Translations under genes and position numbers: made by a program
Notes under the pieces: model-generated
Told to the model about the DNA's origin: nothing
The model's database searches: none
The model's input: the letters and a program-made list of their open reading frames with translations, nothing else
From: Synechococcus elongatus PCC 6301
Lineage (GTDB): Bacteria > Cyanobacteriota > Cyanobacteriia > Synechococcales > Synechococcaceae
Length of the DNA stretch: 32,000 nucleotides
Reading direction: 5' to 3'
Assembly (NCBI RefSeq): GCF_000010065.1
Contig: NC_006576.1
Span: 1,830,001-1,862,000, forward strand
Shown: piece after piece, positions 19,522 to 29,925 of the stretch
Numbering within the stretch: position 1 is the first letter of the stretch
Layout of the letters: each line of letters begins with the position of its first letter

Positions 19522-20982
19522 TTAATTGTGATTGTCTAATTCCTTTTCAATAGCATCAATCAAATAATCAAAATTGTTATTGACATGTTTAAGATACTCT
19601 TCAATCGCTGAAGTCTGAATTACACTCTCATCTGAAGCAATTTCAGAAGCAATACACTTAGCATAGTAATGATGATCAGAAACGTTCTTATATTGAAAAA
19701 ACCATTCAACATCTAAATCATACTTTGACTTAAAAAAGGCCTTAACCGCAGAATGCTCAAAAACCTCTTTTTCCGGAGGCTTATTACCTGGAAAGGAATA
19801 TAAGCCTTCTTTCTCTGAAGGCCCAATATCTGCATCTCTAACAGCAATTGCTTTCTTTCCTGTTTTTTTAAGAATACGTACAGCTTCGCGAACTGCATCT
19901 GTGCTTCCAATAGCATGAATTTCTACTATTTTGAGCAGAGCTTTTCGTTTCATGCGTATAACTTCTATCAATAAAACCTTTGCAAAATTATCTTCGACAC
20001 ATATATCCAGTGATCGCACGTGACCAGAAGACAAGATAGATCGTAATTGACCTGAGGAAATCTTGTTTCTAATATCAACGCCACCCTCATCTCTGATCAT
20101 CAATTTTCTCGACTCAGGAGGTAGAGCATTAACAATCACACTAGAATGAGTTGAAAGTATTATTTGATGATGTCGCCTATTACATACGTCCAGAAGATAC
20201 TTTGCAAATTCATGCTGAGCGCTTTCATGAAGTGAGGTTTCTGGCTCTTCAAGGATAAAAAGACTTTGCTCTGGCGAACTCTCAAGCTTATCTATAGTAT
20301 ATAGAATACGTCCTTCGCCCAAACCCATATTATTTTCTGAGTAAGAATATCCAAGTCTGTAAGCTATACCTACTTCTGACTCTTTACCGTTGTGGGATAC
20401 TCCTTGGAATGCTACATTTTCATATTTATGACCTATGATTCTGGCCATTTTTTTTACAACTTCTGCTTCAATATCTCGTTTTTCAGTAAATTGAAGATTG
20501 ACGCCTGCATAAACACTTAAATCTCTACGTTCTACTTTTGGCAAATAAACGGTAAATCCGATATAGTAACAATACCTTTCAGGCTGTCTTTTATAGCCCG
20601 ACCAAGATGATTTTACTCGGGATACTGTAACTTCCTTAGGCTTTTGGTAATCGTCAGTCTCGTAGAAATAAACTACTTTTGCACTGTCAGATATTGGTTT
20701 TGGATCAGCTGGAGAAACTGGAAAAAAATCCTTAATATAAAGCCTTTTGTAGGTCATAGATTTATCTGGCTTCTTATATGCACAAATTGCTAGTTGACCA
20801 ACAGTACTCTTCCCCGATCCATTAAGCCCAGAAATAGCAGTTATGGGGAATTCAAGTTCAAGATCAGCCGACTGAACTCCTCGAAAGCCCTCAATATGTA
20901 CCTTTCTAAGGCAAGGCCCAAAGTTCTTGTGGCGATTTTTGGAATTGTATTTATTCCTTAATTCTTTAGTTTTGTCACTCAT
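19522..20982 (-). CDS. OLD-family ATP-dependent nuclease-like protein: AAA/ABC-type ATPase with probable C-terminal TOPRIM domain
   Basis: 486 aa: Walker A SGLNGSGKST, signature-like MGLGEGR, Walker B SLFILEEPETSLHE, STHSS, then TOPRIM-like ICVEDNFAKVLLIEVI and AIAVRDADIG. Strongly AT-rich relative to neighbours. Confidence 0.8.
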   Translation of the reverse strand: MSDKTKELRNKYNSKNRHKNFGPCLRKVHIEGFRGVQSADLELEFPITAISGLNGSGKSTVGQLAICAYKKPDKSMTYKRLYIKDFFPVSPADPKPISDSAKVVYFYETDDYQKPKEVTVSRVKSSWSGYKRQPERYCYYIGFTVYLPKVERRDLSVYAGVNLQFTEKRDIEAEVVKKMARIIGHKYENVAFQGVSHNGKESEVGIAYRLGYSYSENNMGLGEGRILYTIDKLESSPEQSLFILEEPETSLHESAQHEFAKYLLDVCNRRHHQIILSTHSSVIVNALPPESRKLMIRDEGGVDIRNKISSGQLRSILSSGHVRSLDICVEDNFAKVLLIEVIRMKRKALLKIVEIHAIGSTDAVREAVRILKKTGKKAIAVRDADIGPSEKEGLYSFPGNKPPEKEVFEHSAVKAFFKSKYDLDVEWFFQYKNVSDHHYYAKCIASEIASDESVIQTSAIEEYLKHVNNNFDYLIDAIEKELDNHN

Positions 20983-21178
20983 CTTGAAAGCTTGACTAAG
21001 TTAGTGGTTTTTTCAACAATTTTTACAGCTTAAATAATCTTGCTATCAGGTTATGCCTTAGTCTGCTTGGCAGCCTCATATTTGTAGCCAGTTATAGAAA
21101 AGACAGTTTTCAAATTTTAGCATTCTAGACTCTTTTTTGTGAAGCTCCTCTTAAGAAGAAAGTTGGTATATCAATTTC

Positions 21179-21836
21179 TTAGATACGGGTTGCTCGCGCT
21201 AAAGAAAGAACACAGTCAAGAATCGCTAGAAGATCACTCAGGGGAATCGCCTCACCACCTGTCAGATTAGCTGCTGCGAGATCCGCTAACACTTCTGGGG
21301 TACCCACATTTCCCGGATTAATCACCGTGACCCCAATCTGCTGCGATCGCAATTCTTCCCGTAAGGCGTGAACAACTCCCCGCAGCCCAAACTTCGACGC
21401 ACTGTTAGCAACCTCTCTTGCAGGAAAATTATCTCGACCCGAGAGAGCGCCCATAAAAACGATTTTGGGATTATGCGATCGCCGCAGTGCAGGCAGTAAG
21501 ACTTTCACCAAGCGAATCGGCGCAACAAGATTGACCGCAATTACCCGCGCAATATCCTCATCCGAACAGCTTTCAAAGTCATATTGCGGTGTAAAAGCAT
21601 GGGTTTCCCAAGTTCCGCCCATGTACAGCAGTGCATCGAGGCAATCCTCCCCGATCGCTCGAGCTACCGTTTCAACTCCGGCCAACTCCGATAAATCCGC
21701 TTGAATCCATTCCCCCAACTGGAGCCGCTGTCCGCGACACCGCCACAAGGCGATCGCACTGGTTAATAAAATGTTCTGCAACAGCAAGACCAATGCCACG
21801 ACTGGCTCCGGCCACGAGAACTGTCTTAAAAGACAT
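21179..21836 (-). pseudogene. Short-chain dehydrogenase/reductase, apparently frameshifted
   Basis: ATG at 21836 gives MSFKTVLVAGASRGIGLAVAEHFINQCDRLVAVSRTAAPVG (cofactor motif GASRGIG); the body GEWIQADLSELAGVETVARAI...FMGALSGRDNFPAREVANSASKFGLRGVVHALREELR... is in another frame. Removing one G from the G5 tract (plus-strand C5, 21712-21716) joins them. Confidence 0.8.
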
Positions 21837-21904
21837 GGCTGAATGCCCGCCGACTCAGGATTGCAAACCAATCTTGACACCAACACCTTGAAGGTCAATC
21901 AGGA

Positions 21905-24900
21905 TCAACCAGTGCCGTAGCCGCCACCACCGGGCGTAAGGATTTCAAGGCGATCGCCCGCTGAGAGGGTTACTTCCACGGTGCTTGGCAGAATTTCTTG
22001 GCTGCCATCAGCCCGAATCAAGCGATTTTCACCCGTTTGGCCAGCGCCTCCCCCCGCTAAACCAAAAGGCGCGACTTGGCGACGACTGCTGAGAATCGTG
22101 GCAGTCATCGGCTCCAAGAACTGCAGACGACGAGTTGCGCCATCGCCACCGGCATAGTGACCCGCGCCACCACTACCGCGCCGAATCGAAAACTCCTCCA
22201 GCAGCACTGGAAAACGCGACTCCAGCACCTCGGGATCGGTGAGGCGAGAGTTGGTCATGTGGGTTTGTACTACCGACGCACCTGCCCCTTCTTTGCCTGC
22301 CCCCGCACCGCCCGCGATCGTCTCGTAATACTGATAGCGATCGCTGCCAAAACTGAAGTTATTCATCGTGCCTTGGCTAGCAGCCAGCACCCCCAACGCG
22401 CCCCACAGCGCATCCGCGATCGCCTGCGAGGTTTCAACATTACCGGCAACCACGGCAGCCGGAGCTTGCGGATTGAGCAGACTGCGATCGGGGATCTGAA
22501 TCGTCAGGGGTCGCAGACAACCGGCATTAAGCGGAATCGGATGATCGACAAGACAGCGAAAAACGTAGAGCACGACGGCACGGGCGATCGCTGCTGGGGC
22601 ATTGAAATTATTCGGTTGCTGAGGTGAGGTGCCCGTGAGATCGAGTTGGGCTTCGCCGCGATCGCGATCGAGCGTCACGGTGACTTGAATCTGGCAACCA
22701 TCATCGAGGGGGCAAACACAGGTCGCTTGACCCGGATGTTCCGCCGCCAGTTGACGGATGGCTTGACGCACCGCTTGCTCAGCGTTGTCTTGCACATGCT
22801 GCATATAGGCCAAAACAGTAGGCAGCGTGAACTGCTCAACGGCTTGGATTAGGAGTTGTTGACCCGTGGCATTGGCAGCAATTTGCGCCTGAAGATCCGC
22901 CAAATTCTGGTCAGGATTCCGCGCCGGATAGGGCGACTGGCTGAGGCGATCGCGAATGGTCGTTTCGCGAAATTGCCCTTGCCGCACTAACAGCAAGCCA
23001 TCGAACAAAATGCCTTCCTGATCGATCGATTGACTCTGTGCCGGCATTGATCCCGGCGTCAAACCACCGATATCGGCATGGTGCCCGCGACTGGCGACAA
23101 AAAACTGGGGCTTAGTCTGACCCGCTAGAAAAACCGGCGTAATCACCGTGATATCCGGTAGGTGAGTGCCGCCCGCGTAGGGATTATTGAGGGCATAGAC
23201 ATCGCCAGGCTGAAGATCAGTGCCGACGCGATCGATCAAACTGCGGACGCTATCGCCCATCGAGCCGAGATGCACCGGAATGTGGGGCGCATTGGCAATC
23301 AGTTCGCCTGCTGCGTTGAAAAGTGCGCAGGAAAAGTCGAGGCGTTCCTTGATGTTGACGGAGCTAGCGGTGCTTTGTAGGGTCACACCCATTTGCTCGG
23401 CGATCGCCTGAAACAGATTGTTGAAAATCTCCAGCAGTGCTGGATCGACAGGAGCGGTTGCGGCGGCTGACCAATCGCGCTGCGGCAGTTCCACCGCCTC
23501 CAATAGCAGATCACCAAAGGAATTGAGGCTGGCAGCCCATCCGTGTTCGATCACGTTGGTGCCGGTTGGCTCCAGAATCAGCGCTGGCCCCAGAATGCGA
23601 TCGCCCGTTTGCAACGTCTGCCGGTCATACACTGGCGTGTCGTGCCAGCGATCGCCGCTGAACATGGGCACCGTGGCTTTGATCGGCGGTAGTCCCGATC
23701 GCGTCGGCTGAGACTCGGGTAATGCCGCCGCTGGCATTCGTCCGATCGCTTCTCCTTGCAGGGCGGCAATCACCAAAGGGCGATCGGGTTGCACAAAGCC
23801 GTAGCGTTGCTGATAGGCCTGCTCAAACAGAGCGGTAATTGCTGCGGCATCCTCCGCCCAAGACACCAGTAGCGCCGAATCCGTGCCCTGATAGCGCAAC
23901 TGCAGCGATCGCAGCAGAGTCACTTCCGTCAGATCCGCATCGCCATCTGCCTTGAGTTGCTCCAGAGCGCGTTGACTGAGGGCGATCGCCTGATTCTCCA
24001 GGGTGGCTAAGGTTTCCTCACTCAAAATTTGCTCGATGCTCACCTGCTGCAAGGCTCGGCGATCGGCCAAGCCCATGCCGTAGGCGGAGAGGACGCCCGC
24101 AAAGGGATGGATCAGAATCCGCCGCAGTCCCAACAATTCCGCCAAGCGGCAAGCGTGCTGACCTCCGGCTGCCCCAAAGCAGCAGAGCCAGTAATCGCTA
24201 AGATCGCGCCCGCGCTGCCACGACACTTTTTTGATGGCGTTGGCCATGTTGTCGAGAGCGATCGCCAGAAACTGCTCAGCCAACTGTTCAGGCTGGTAGG
24301 AGCGGCCTGTCTGCTGGGCGATCGTGGTGGCCAACTCCTGAAACGCCAGATTGACAGCTTCTGCATCCAAGGAGCGATCGCCAGTTGCACCAAAAACGGC
24401 TGGGAAAAATTGCGGCTGTAGTTTTCCGACTTGGATGTTGGCATCAGTGATGGTTAACGGCCCACCCTGTCCGTAGCCCTTCGGACCGGGATGCGCCCCT
24501 GCTGACTCTGGCCCCACCTGCAAGCGACCATCTTGAAAACGCAAAATCGAGCCGCCGCCCGCCGCCACGGTGTGAATATCCAGTAGCGGCACCTGAAGAC
24601 GGACGCCGGCAATTTCAGTCTGATAAACCCGCTCCAGTTCACCCGCGTAGTGGGCCACATCCGTGGAGGTGCCGCCCATGTCAAAGCTGATCAGGCGATC
24701 GCAACCAGCTCGCTGACTGACCGCGATCGCGCCGACCATACCGCCCGCTGGCCCTGAGAGAATGCTGTCTTTGCCACTGAAGGCAGAAGCTGTGGCTAGC
24801 CCACCGTTCGACTGCATGAATAGCAGTTGTGGCCCTTGCCCATTTGGACATAGCGCCTGACCAATGCGACCGACATAGCGACGCAGCACCGGCGAAAGAT

Positions 24901-25561
24901 AGGCATCGGCTACAGTCGTATCACCCCGCGCAATCAACCGCTGCAGGGGGCTGACTTGGTGCGAGACGGAAATTTGTGTAAACCCCAATTCTGTCGCGAT
25001 CGCAGCCAGTTGTTGTTCGTGCTGGGGATAGCGGTAGCCATGCATCAAGGCGATCGCGCAGGCGGTGCAGCCTTGGTCTTTTGCCTGTTGGAGTTGCTGA
25101 CGGATGATCTCCAGCTCCGTCAACGGTTGCAGAATCTCACCGCTGGCACTGACCCGCTCCGACACTTCAATCACGCGATCGTAGAGTGGCTCCGGTTGCT
25201 GGATGATCCGCGCAAAAATGTTGGGCCGATTCTGGTAGCCAATTCGCAGCGCATCGCCAAAACCCTGGGTGATCAGCAGCACGGTGCGATCGCCCTTCCG
25301 TTCCAGCAGCGCATTGGTGGCGACGGTCGTGCCCATCTTGACTGCGGCGATCGCCTCGATGGGAAGTGGATCTTCAGCCTGCAATCCCAAACAATCCCGA
25401 ATGCCTTGCAGCACGGCATCCTCGTAGCGATCGGGGTTCTCAGACAGCAGTTTGTGCGCCGTTAACCTGCCATCAGGATGCTGGGCCACAATGTCAGTGA
25501 AGGTGCCGCCGCGATCGATCCAAAACTGCCATTGACTGCCATTGGCGACCGGAGCGGGCAT
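21905..25561 (-). CDS. 5-oxoprolinase / hydantoinase, fused HyuA-HyuB type
   Basis: [49 protein letters not shown], then HyuB-like [53 protein letters not shown]. Start at ATG 25559-25561. Confidence 0.95.
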   Translation of the reverse strand: MPAPVANGSQWQFWIDRGGTFTDIVAQHPDGRLTAHKLLSENPDRYEDAVLQGIRDCLGLQAEDPLPIEAIAAVKMGTTVATNALLERKGDRTVLLITQGFGDALRIGYQNRPNIFARIIQQPEPLYDRVIEVSERVSASGEILQPLTELEIIRQQLQQAKDQGCTACAIALMHGYRYPQHEQQLAAIATELGFTQISVSHQVSPLQRLIARGDTTVADAYLSPVLRRYVGRIGQALCPNGQGPQLLFMQSNGGLATASAFSGKDSILSGPAGGMVGAIAVSQRAGCDRLISFDMGGTSTDVAHYAGELERVYQTEIAGVRLQVPLLDIHTVAAGGGSILRFQDGRLQVGPESAGAHPGPKGYGQGGPLTITDANIQVGKLQPQFFPAVFGATGDRSLDAEAVNLAFQELATTIAQQTGRSYQPEQLAEQFLAIALDNMANAIKKVSWQRGRDLSDYWLCCFGAAGGQHACRLAELLGLRRILIHPFAGVLSAYGMGLADRRALQQVSIEQILSEETLATLENQAIALSQRALEQLKADGDADLTEVTLLRSLQLRYQGTDSALLVSWAEDAAAITALFEQAYQQRYGFVQPDRPLVIAALQGEAIGRMPAAALPESQPTRSGLPPIKATVPMFSGDRWHDTPVYDRQTLQTGDRILGPALILEPTGTNVIEHGWAASLNSFGDLLLEAVELPQRDWSAAATAPVDPALLEIFNNLFQAIAEQMGVTLQSTASSVNIKERLDFSCALFNAAGELIANAPHIPVHLGSMGDSVRSLIDRVGTDLQPGDVYALNNPYAGGTHLPDITVITPVFLAGQTKPQFFVASRGHHADIGGLTPGSMPAQSQSIDQEGILFDGLLLVRQGQFRETTIRDRLSQSPYPARNPDQNLADLQAQIAANATGQQLLIQAVEQFTLPTVLAYMQHVQDNAEQAVRQAIRQLAAEHPGQATCVCPLDDGCQIQVTVTLDRDRGEAQLDLTGTSPQQPNNFNAPAAIARAVVLYVFRCLVDHPIPLNAGCLRPLTIQIPDRSLLNPQAPAAVVAGNVETSQAIADALWGALGVLAASQGTMNNFSFGSDRYQYYETIAGGAGAGKEGAGASVVQTHMTNSRLTDPEVLESRFPVLLEEFSIRRGSGGAGHYAGGDGATRRLQFLEPMTATILSSRRQVAPFGLAGGGAGQTGENRLIRADGSQEILPSTVEVTLSAGDRLEILTPGGGGYGTG

Positions 25562-25562
25562 A

Positions 25563-26426
25563 GTGAAGGAGAGACTGAAGACGAGCCTCTCCATTGTTGA
25601 GGATGCTGAGCTTGGCTCGCCACCTTTGGTTCTGCCCCGCCGTCCTGCCGTGAAGCGAGTGACCGATCCCAGCCGAGTCGAAGCCCTGCTGGCCGAATTG
25701 CGGCAGGAATTTGACCGCCTCCGCCAAGAACAGGAGCGCGGTCGCGATTTGCGATCGCTGTTGCGGGCAGTCTCAGTCGACGATCTGGCGCAGACGCTCT
25801 ATCAGTCGCTTGATCCGCAGCAACTAAAGCGACTGCAGCGCCGACTCGAAAGCTATCAATGTCAAGAAGAGGGATGGGACGAGCTAGAGCGAGACATTGA
25901 AAAGTTAGTGCCGCTGCCTTGGACGCTGATTCGGCAGTTCATTTTGGGGCTGGCTCAGCAAAAGTTTTCGATGGTGCATACACCCGAGGAGCTAGCAGCT
26001 TGCTTGGCCGATGAGTATGCAGTACGGCTTGATTTGCGCCAAAAGACCGATTGGTTTCGGGCTTGGGCACTCCTTCGCTACGGCCTCAGTGCGGGTACGG
26101 CGCTGAACAATCCGCCCCACAGCATCCACCAGTTTGTCGAGCAGGCGATGCAGTTTGGGGCGCAGCAACGGCGATCGCGATCGCAGCAAACCCAACAGCA
26201 GTATCAACCTCCTCGCGATCGCCAAGCTGCTAAGCAGCCCTCATCCAACGCTGAGATTCCAGCGGCAGCCACGGTTCTAGGCTTGCCTTGGCCGACTACC
26301 CTGCAAGAACTAAAAGCCTCCTATCGCCGCCTAGCCAAAGCAAATCACCCGGATCTGGGAGGTGATCCCGATCGCTTCCAACAAATTCAGTTGGCCTACG
26401 AAGAACTGCGATCGGTAATGCAGTAG
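25563..26426 (+). CDS. DnaJ-domain (C-terminal J domain) protein
   Basis: C-terminus [46 protein letters not shown] with HPD motif. The track ORF begins at ATG 25542; GTG 25563 is in frame and avoids overlap with the divergent gene. Confidence 0.8.
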   Translation: MKERLKTSLSIVEDAELGSPPLVLPRRPAVKRVTDPSRVEALLAELRQEFDRLRQEQERGRDLRSLLRAVSVDDLAQTLYQSLDPQQLKRLQRRLESYQCQEEGWDELERDIEKLVPLPWTLIRQFILGLAQQKFSMVHTPEELAACLADEYAVRLDLRQKTDWFRAWALLRYGLSAGTALNNPPHSIHQFVEQAMQFGAQQRRSRSQQTQQQYQPPRDRQAAKQPSSNAEIPAAATVLGLPWPTTLQELKASYRRLAKANHPDLGGDPDRFQQIQLAYEELRSVMQ

Positions 26427-26695
26427 GGCCGACGAGATATTGAGACAAGCCAGCTGATTGGCTTCATCAGTGGATTGAGAACTGTTGGCAAAAGTAAAAA
26501 TTTAAGTGTTCAAAATCGTCTGAAATTGCTCGGTAGCGGCTGCAAGGCTTGATCAGCGTAAATCGAACAAATTTTTTATGGCAGTGAAAATTTGCAAAAA
26601 GAATTGGAGTTCCAAAATTCCTCAGTTACTTTCTGCTTAAGGCAGGTCGGCAGAACTTTCCTGTAAACCCGCTTGACTGAACTCACTTACTGACG

Positions 26696-27865
26696 ATGCA
26701 AAAAAAGTCTAAGTTTTTTCTGGGTTTGTTAGGCGTCATCACCTGTTTTGTCCTGATAGGTAGTTTCTGTTTGCCCTCATTGGCACAAACACAAACTTGG
26801 CGATCGCTTTCCAATGTTGTCTGGGGAAAAGACCTCCCTGCCTTTAGCTACCCATTCAGCAAGACGCCACTTGTGGACTACGACGGTGGCGTGACTAAAC
26901 AAGTGGGAACCTATAACTTTCCTGTTAGCAAAGGAATGGCTGGGGTCTACATGACTCTGAAGCCTGGAGCGATCCGAGAATTACATTGGCATGCCAATGC
27001 TGCAGAGTGGGCCTACGTCATTGAAGGACGAACACGAGTCACACTGACAAATCCAGACGGACAAGTTCAGATCGCCGATGTTGATCAAGGGGGGCTCTGG
27101 TATTTTCCCCGCGGCTGGGGTCATAGTATCGAGGGAATAGGCCCTGGTACTGCCAAGTTTCTGTTGGTTTTTAACGACGGCACTTTCTCAGAAGGAGCGA
27201 CTTTCAGCATCACAGACTGGCTCTCCCACACACCGATTTCTTGGGTTCAGCAAAACTTTGGCTGGAGTCAAGATGAAGTTGAAAAACTTCCCAAAAAACA
27301 AGTTTATATCTCTCGCTATAACCCAGAGGTTAAGCCACTGGATAAAACACAATCTAGAAACCCTAAAGTTTCTAGGATCGTTCTCCCTTATACCCATAAT
27401 CTTTTGGCTGAAAAGCCACGCACAAGTCAGGCTGGTAATACACTCAAGCTGGCAAGTGCTAAAGAGTTTCCTGCGAGCTTCAACATGGCAGGAGCTCTAT
27501 TGCGATTAGAGCCCGGTGCAATGCGCCAATTGCACTGGCATCCGAATGCCGATGAATGGCAATACGTCCTCAATGGATCGATGGATCTAGCCGTTTTTGC
27601 CTCTGAAGGAAAAGCGAGTATGAGCCGTCTACAGAAGGGTGATGTCGGCTACGTTCCTAAAGGCTATGGGCACGCGCTGCGCAATAGCTCTGATCAACCG
27701 CTAGATGTTCTCATTGTCTTTAATGATGGCGACTATCAAAGTATTGATCTCAACGACTGGATTATGAGTAATCCCAATACTGTGCTGGATGATGTCTTTC
27801 AGCTTTCTCCGCAGTTGTTAGATAAGCTGCCTAAAGAAAGTGAGATTCTGATTCCTCGTAGCTAA
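26696..27865 (+). CDS. Secreted bicupin, oxalate decarboxylase/oxalate-oxidase-like
   Basis: Signal-peptide-like MQKKSKFFLGLLGVITCFVLIGSFCLPSLAQ; two cupin motifs IRELHWHANAAEWAYVIEGRTRVTL...YFPRGWGHSIE and MRQLHWHPNADEWQYVLNGSMDLAVFAS...YVPKGYGHAL; DGTFSEGATFSITDWLSHTP. Confidence 0.88.
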   Translation: MQKKSKFFLGLLGVITCFVLIGSFCLPSLAQTQTWRSLSNVVWGKDLPAFSYPFSKTPLVDYDGGVTKQVGTYNFPVSKGMAGVYMTLKPGAIRELHWHANAAEWAYVIEGRTRVTLTNPDGQVQIADVDQGGLWYFPRGWGHSIEGIGPGTAKFLLVFNDGTFSEGATFSITDWLSHTPISWVQQNFGWSQDEVEKLPKKQVYISRYNPEVKPLDKTQSRNPKVSRIVLPYTHNLLAEKPRTSQAGNTLKLASAKEFPASFNMAGALLRLEPGAMRQLHWHPNADEWQYVLNGSMDLAVFASEGKASMSRLQKGDVGYVPKGYGHALRNSSDQPLDVLIVFNDGDYQSIDLNDWIMSNPNTVLDDVFQLSPQLLDKLPKESEILIPRS

Positions 27866-27908
27866 GTGATTGAGCAGGTTGAATGAAGCATTGAACCCAA
27901 AGATCAAA

Positions 27909-29924
27909 ATGTCAAAACAAAAATGGGCCGTTCGTCTAGCTGTTATTGCTCTGGTTTTGGCCTTTTGGCAGGTTTTATCGCTATCATCCCCTGCTCGATC
28001 CCGTGAACTAAAAACGCTCAGCCTTGCTCCAGTTTGTTCAGTCAAACTGCAAGATCCTAAAGTCACGTGGCAACTGCCAGAAGACGTCGAAGGAGGCTTG
28101 TTACAGAAAAACTTTAATGTTGTTCAGCGAGCTGTGGATCTCTTTGCTTGGCAAGAGTTTATTGCTCTAAATTGGCCTGCAAAGGTAGGCGATCGCGGTC
28201 AACCGGATATTGCAGCAATCCTTGCGAAGGCTGGCCCTCGCGTTTGGGAGACTTGGAAAGAAGCCAGCGAAGTCTACCTGCCCAATAGCGCACTCCCTCA
28301 AGCCTGGAATCGCGGGCCAGCTCTGCCTGATGAAGTGGCCCCATCTGGAGCAACAAAGGTTCTCTTTAGGACTAGTAAGGTTGACGAGGTGTTGAGTGAT
28401 CAATTCCAACCAACTAAAGCTGATGGTGCTTTGCCTGGAACTTTAACGGATCAAAGAGGAAATCTTGTTCGCTACGAGATTCGTATGAACAAGACTCTAT
28501 TTGATTATGTTGTTGACAACAAACTCTATCAGGCAGAACAGCAGGCGAACTTCCCTAATCTCTCTGCTCCGGTAGGATCGATTCTTCTCAAAGCAGCTTG
28601 GCGAGAAGTCTTGCCGAAAGAGCGCGATCGCTTCTATACAGTGCCAGCCTACGTGAAAGATATCGAGGGTGATCGCTACCAAGAAAAGCTCATGGGTTTG
28701 GTAGGCTTTCATCTCATGACGAAGACGGCCAGTGCTCCCCAGTGGATTTGGAGTACCTATGAACAGATCGATAACGTGGAGGGTTTGCATCCTTCCTTCT
28801 TTAACCCTGATTGCCCCAACTGCCTCAAAAATCAGCAAACGCAGCCACAAGTACCCAATCAAATTACTCGTGAAACTCCTATCCCTGCGGTTGACCCTGA
28901 CTGCAGTCAAAAATCAGTCGCGATCGATAACATTGCTGCCCTGAACCGAGCCATGCAAAAGGGTCTAGGTGATTCAGTTTGGCGGCACTATCAGTTGATT
29001 AATACGCAATGGCCTGTCCCTTCACCGCAACCCTCTAGCCCTCCAACCGTCTTTAAGGTATTGCCGCCTATTTTGGCAAACACAACGATGGAGAGCTATA
29101 TCCAGAAAAGTTCCTCTTGCATGGGTTGCCATGCGATCGCTCGAACGACTAATACGCAGCAATATCGATCTGCAGATTTTAGTTTTACCTTTGCTGAAGC
29201 ACGGCCAGTCCTCAAAAACCCTCAAATTATTGCTCCTCCTAAGTCTCCCAACACAAAATGGGATCGGGAGAACTGGAATAGCATTTTGCGAGGCTATCTA
29301 ATTGCGAATAAAACCTATGAAACACTGCCCCAGTATGTTCCTCAGGCGAAACTTCACTGTGCTAGCTGCCATCTCAATGTTGGGGCAAATCCTACGGCCT
29401 CCTCTTGGTTTGGGATGATCAAAAAGTATCAATATCCAGAAACAGATGATTTGCAGAAGAGAATTAATTCCTGCTTTGAGCATAGCCTCAACGGCTTGCC
29501 GCTACCGTTGGAGAAATATAATCCAGAAGCTCAAGCTCTGATTACATATATGCAGTGGCTAGATCAGCAAGCTGCTCAGTCTAAAATTACGCTGCCTAAA
29601 ACAGCTTATCCAGATATTCAGAAGCTCGCTGGAAATCCAAAGCAGGGTCAAGAAATTTTTCAGCAGAAGTGTGCGTTTTGTCATGAGTTGAATGGTGCAG
29701 GCCGCTATGGAAGTAACACCTACTATCGACCTGCGCTGTGGGGTGATCAATCCTTTAATCGCTTGGCTGGGTTAGCACAGCCGGAGACTTTGGCAAAATT
29801 CCTGAAGTCGAATATGCCCTATCAGTTTGGGGGAAACTTGACAGATCAGGAAGCCTGGGATTTAGCCACTTTTATCGATCGTCAGCCTCGCCCACAAGGC
29901 CCCTACAAAGCGCCGAAGACTTAA
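27909..29924 (+). CDS. Secreted multiheme c-type cytochrome with SoxA/TsdA-like C-terminal features
   Basis: N-terminal signal-like MSKQKWAVRLAVIALVLAFWQVLSLSSPARS; heme motifs CMGCH (29118-29132), CASCH (29358-29372), CAFCH (29670-29684); LQKRINSCFEHSLNGLPLP. ATG 27909 preferred over TTG 27870. Confidence 0.8.
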   Translation: MSKQKWAVRLAVIALVLAFWQVLSLSSPARSRELKTLSLAPVCSVKLQDPKVTWQLPEDVEGGLLQKNFNVVQRAVDLFAWQEFIALNWPAKVGDRGQPDIAAILAKAGPRVWETWKEASEVYLPNSALPQAWNRGPALPDEVAPSGATKVLFRTSKVDEVLSDQFQPTKADGALPGTLTDQRGNLVRYEIRMNKTLFDYVVDNKLYQAEQQANFPNLSAPVGSILLKAAWREVLPKERDRFYTVPAYVKDIEGDRYQEKLMGLVGFHLMTKTASAPQWIWSTYEQIDNVEGLHPSFFNPDCPNCLKNQQTQPQVPNQITRETPIPAVDPDCSQKSVAIDNIAALNRAMQKGLGDSVWRHYQLINTQWPVPSPQPSSPPTVFKVLPPILANTTMESYIQKSSSCMGCHAIARTTNTQQYRSADFSFTFAEARPVLKNPQIIAPPKSPNTKWDRENWNSILRGYLIANKTYETLPQYVPQAKLHCASCHLNVGANPTASSWFGMIKKYQYPETDDLQKRINSCFEHSLNGLPLPLEKYNPEAQALITYMQWLDQQAAQSKITLPKTAYPDIQKLAGNPKQGQEIFQQKCAFCHELNGAGRYGSNTYYRPALWGDQSFNRLAGLAQPETLAKFLKSNMPYQFGGNLTDQEAWDLATFIDRQPRPQGPYKAPKT

Positions 29925-29925
29925 A

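Noticed and set aside
19380-21178. Mobile element or att-site borders around the AT-rich segment
   Set aside because: I found no integrase, transposase, terminal inverted repeat or convincing direct repeat at either edge.
21905-25561. Possible split or chimeric gene because of its great length
   Set aside because: Frame is intact and the HyuA-then-HyuB order matches the known fused 5-oxoprolinase architecture.
26447-26464. AAGCCA-GCTGAT-TGGCTT hairpin after the DnaJ-domain gene
   Set aside because: Only 6 bp and no T-tract; too weak to call a terminator.
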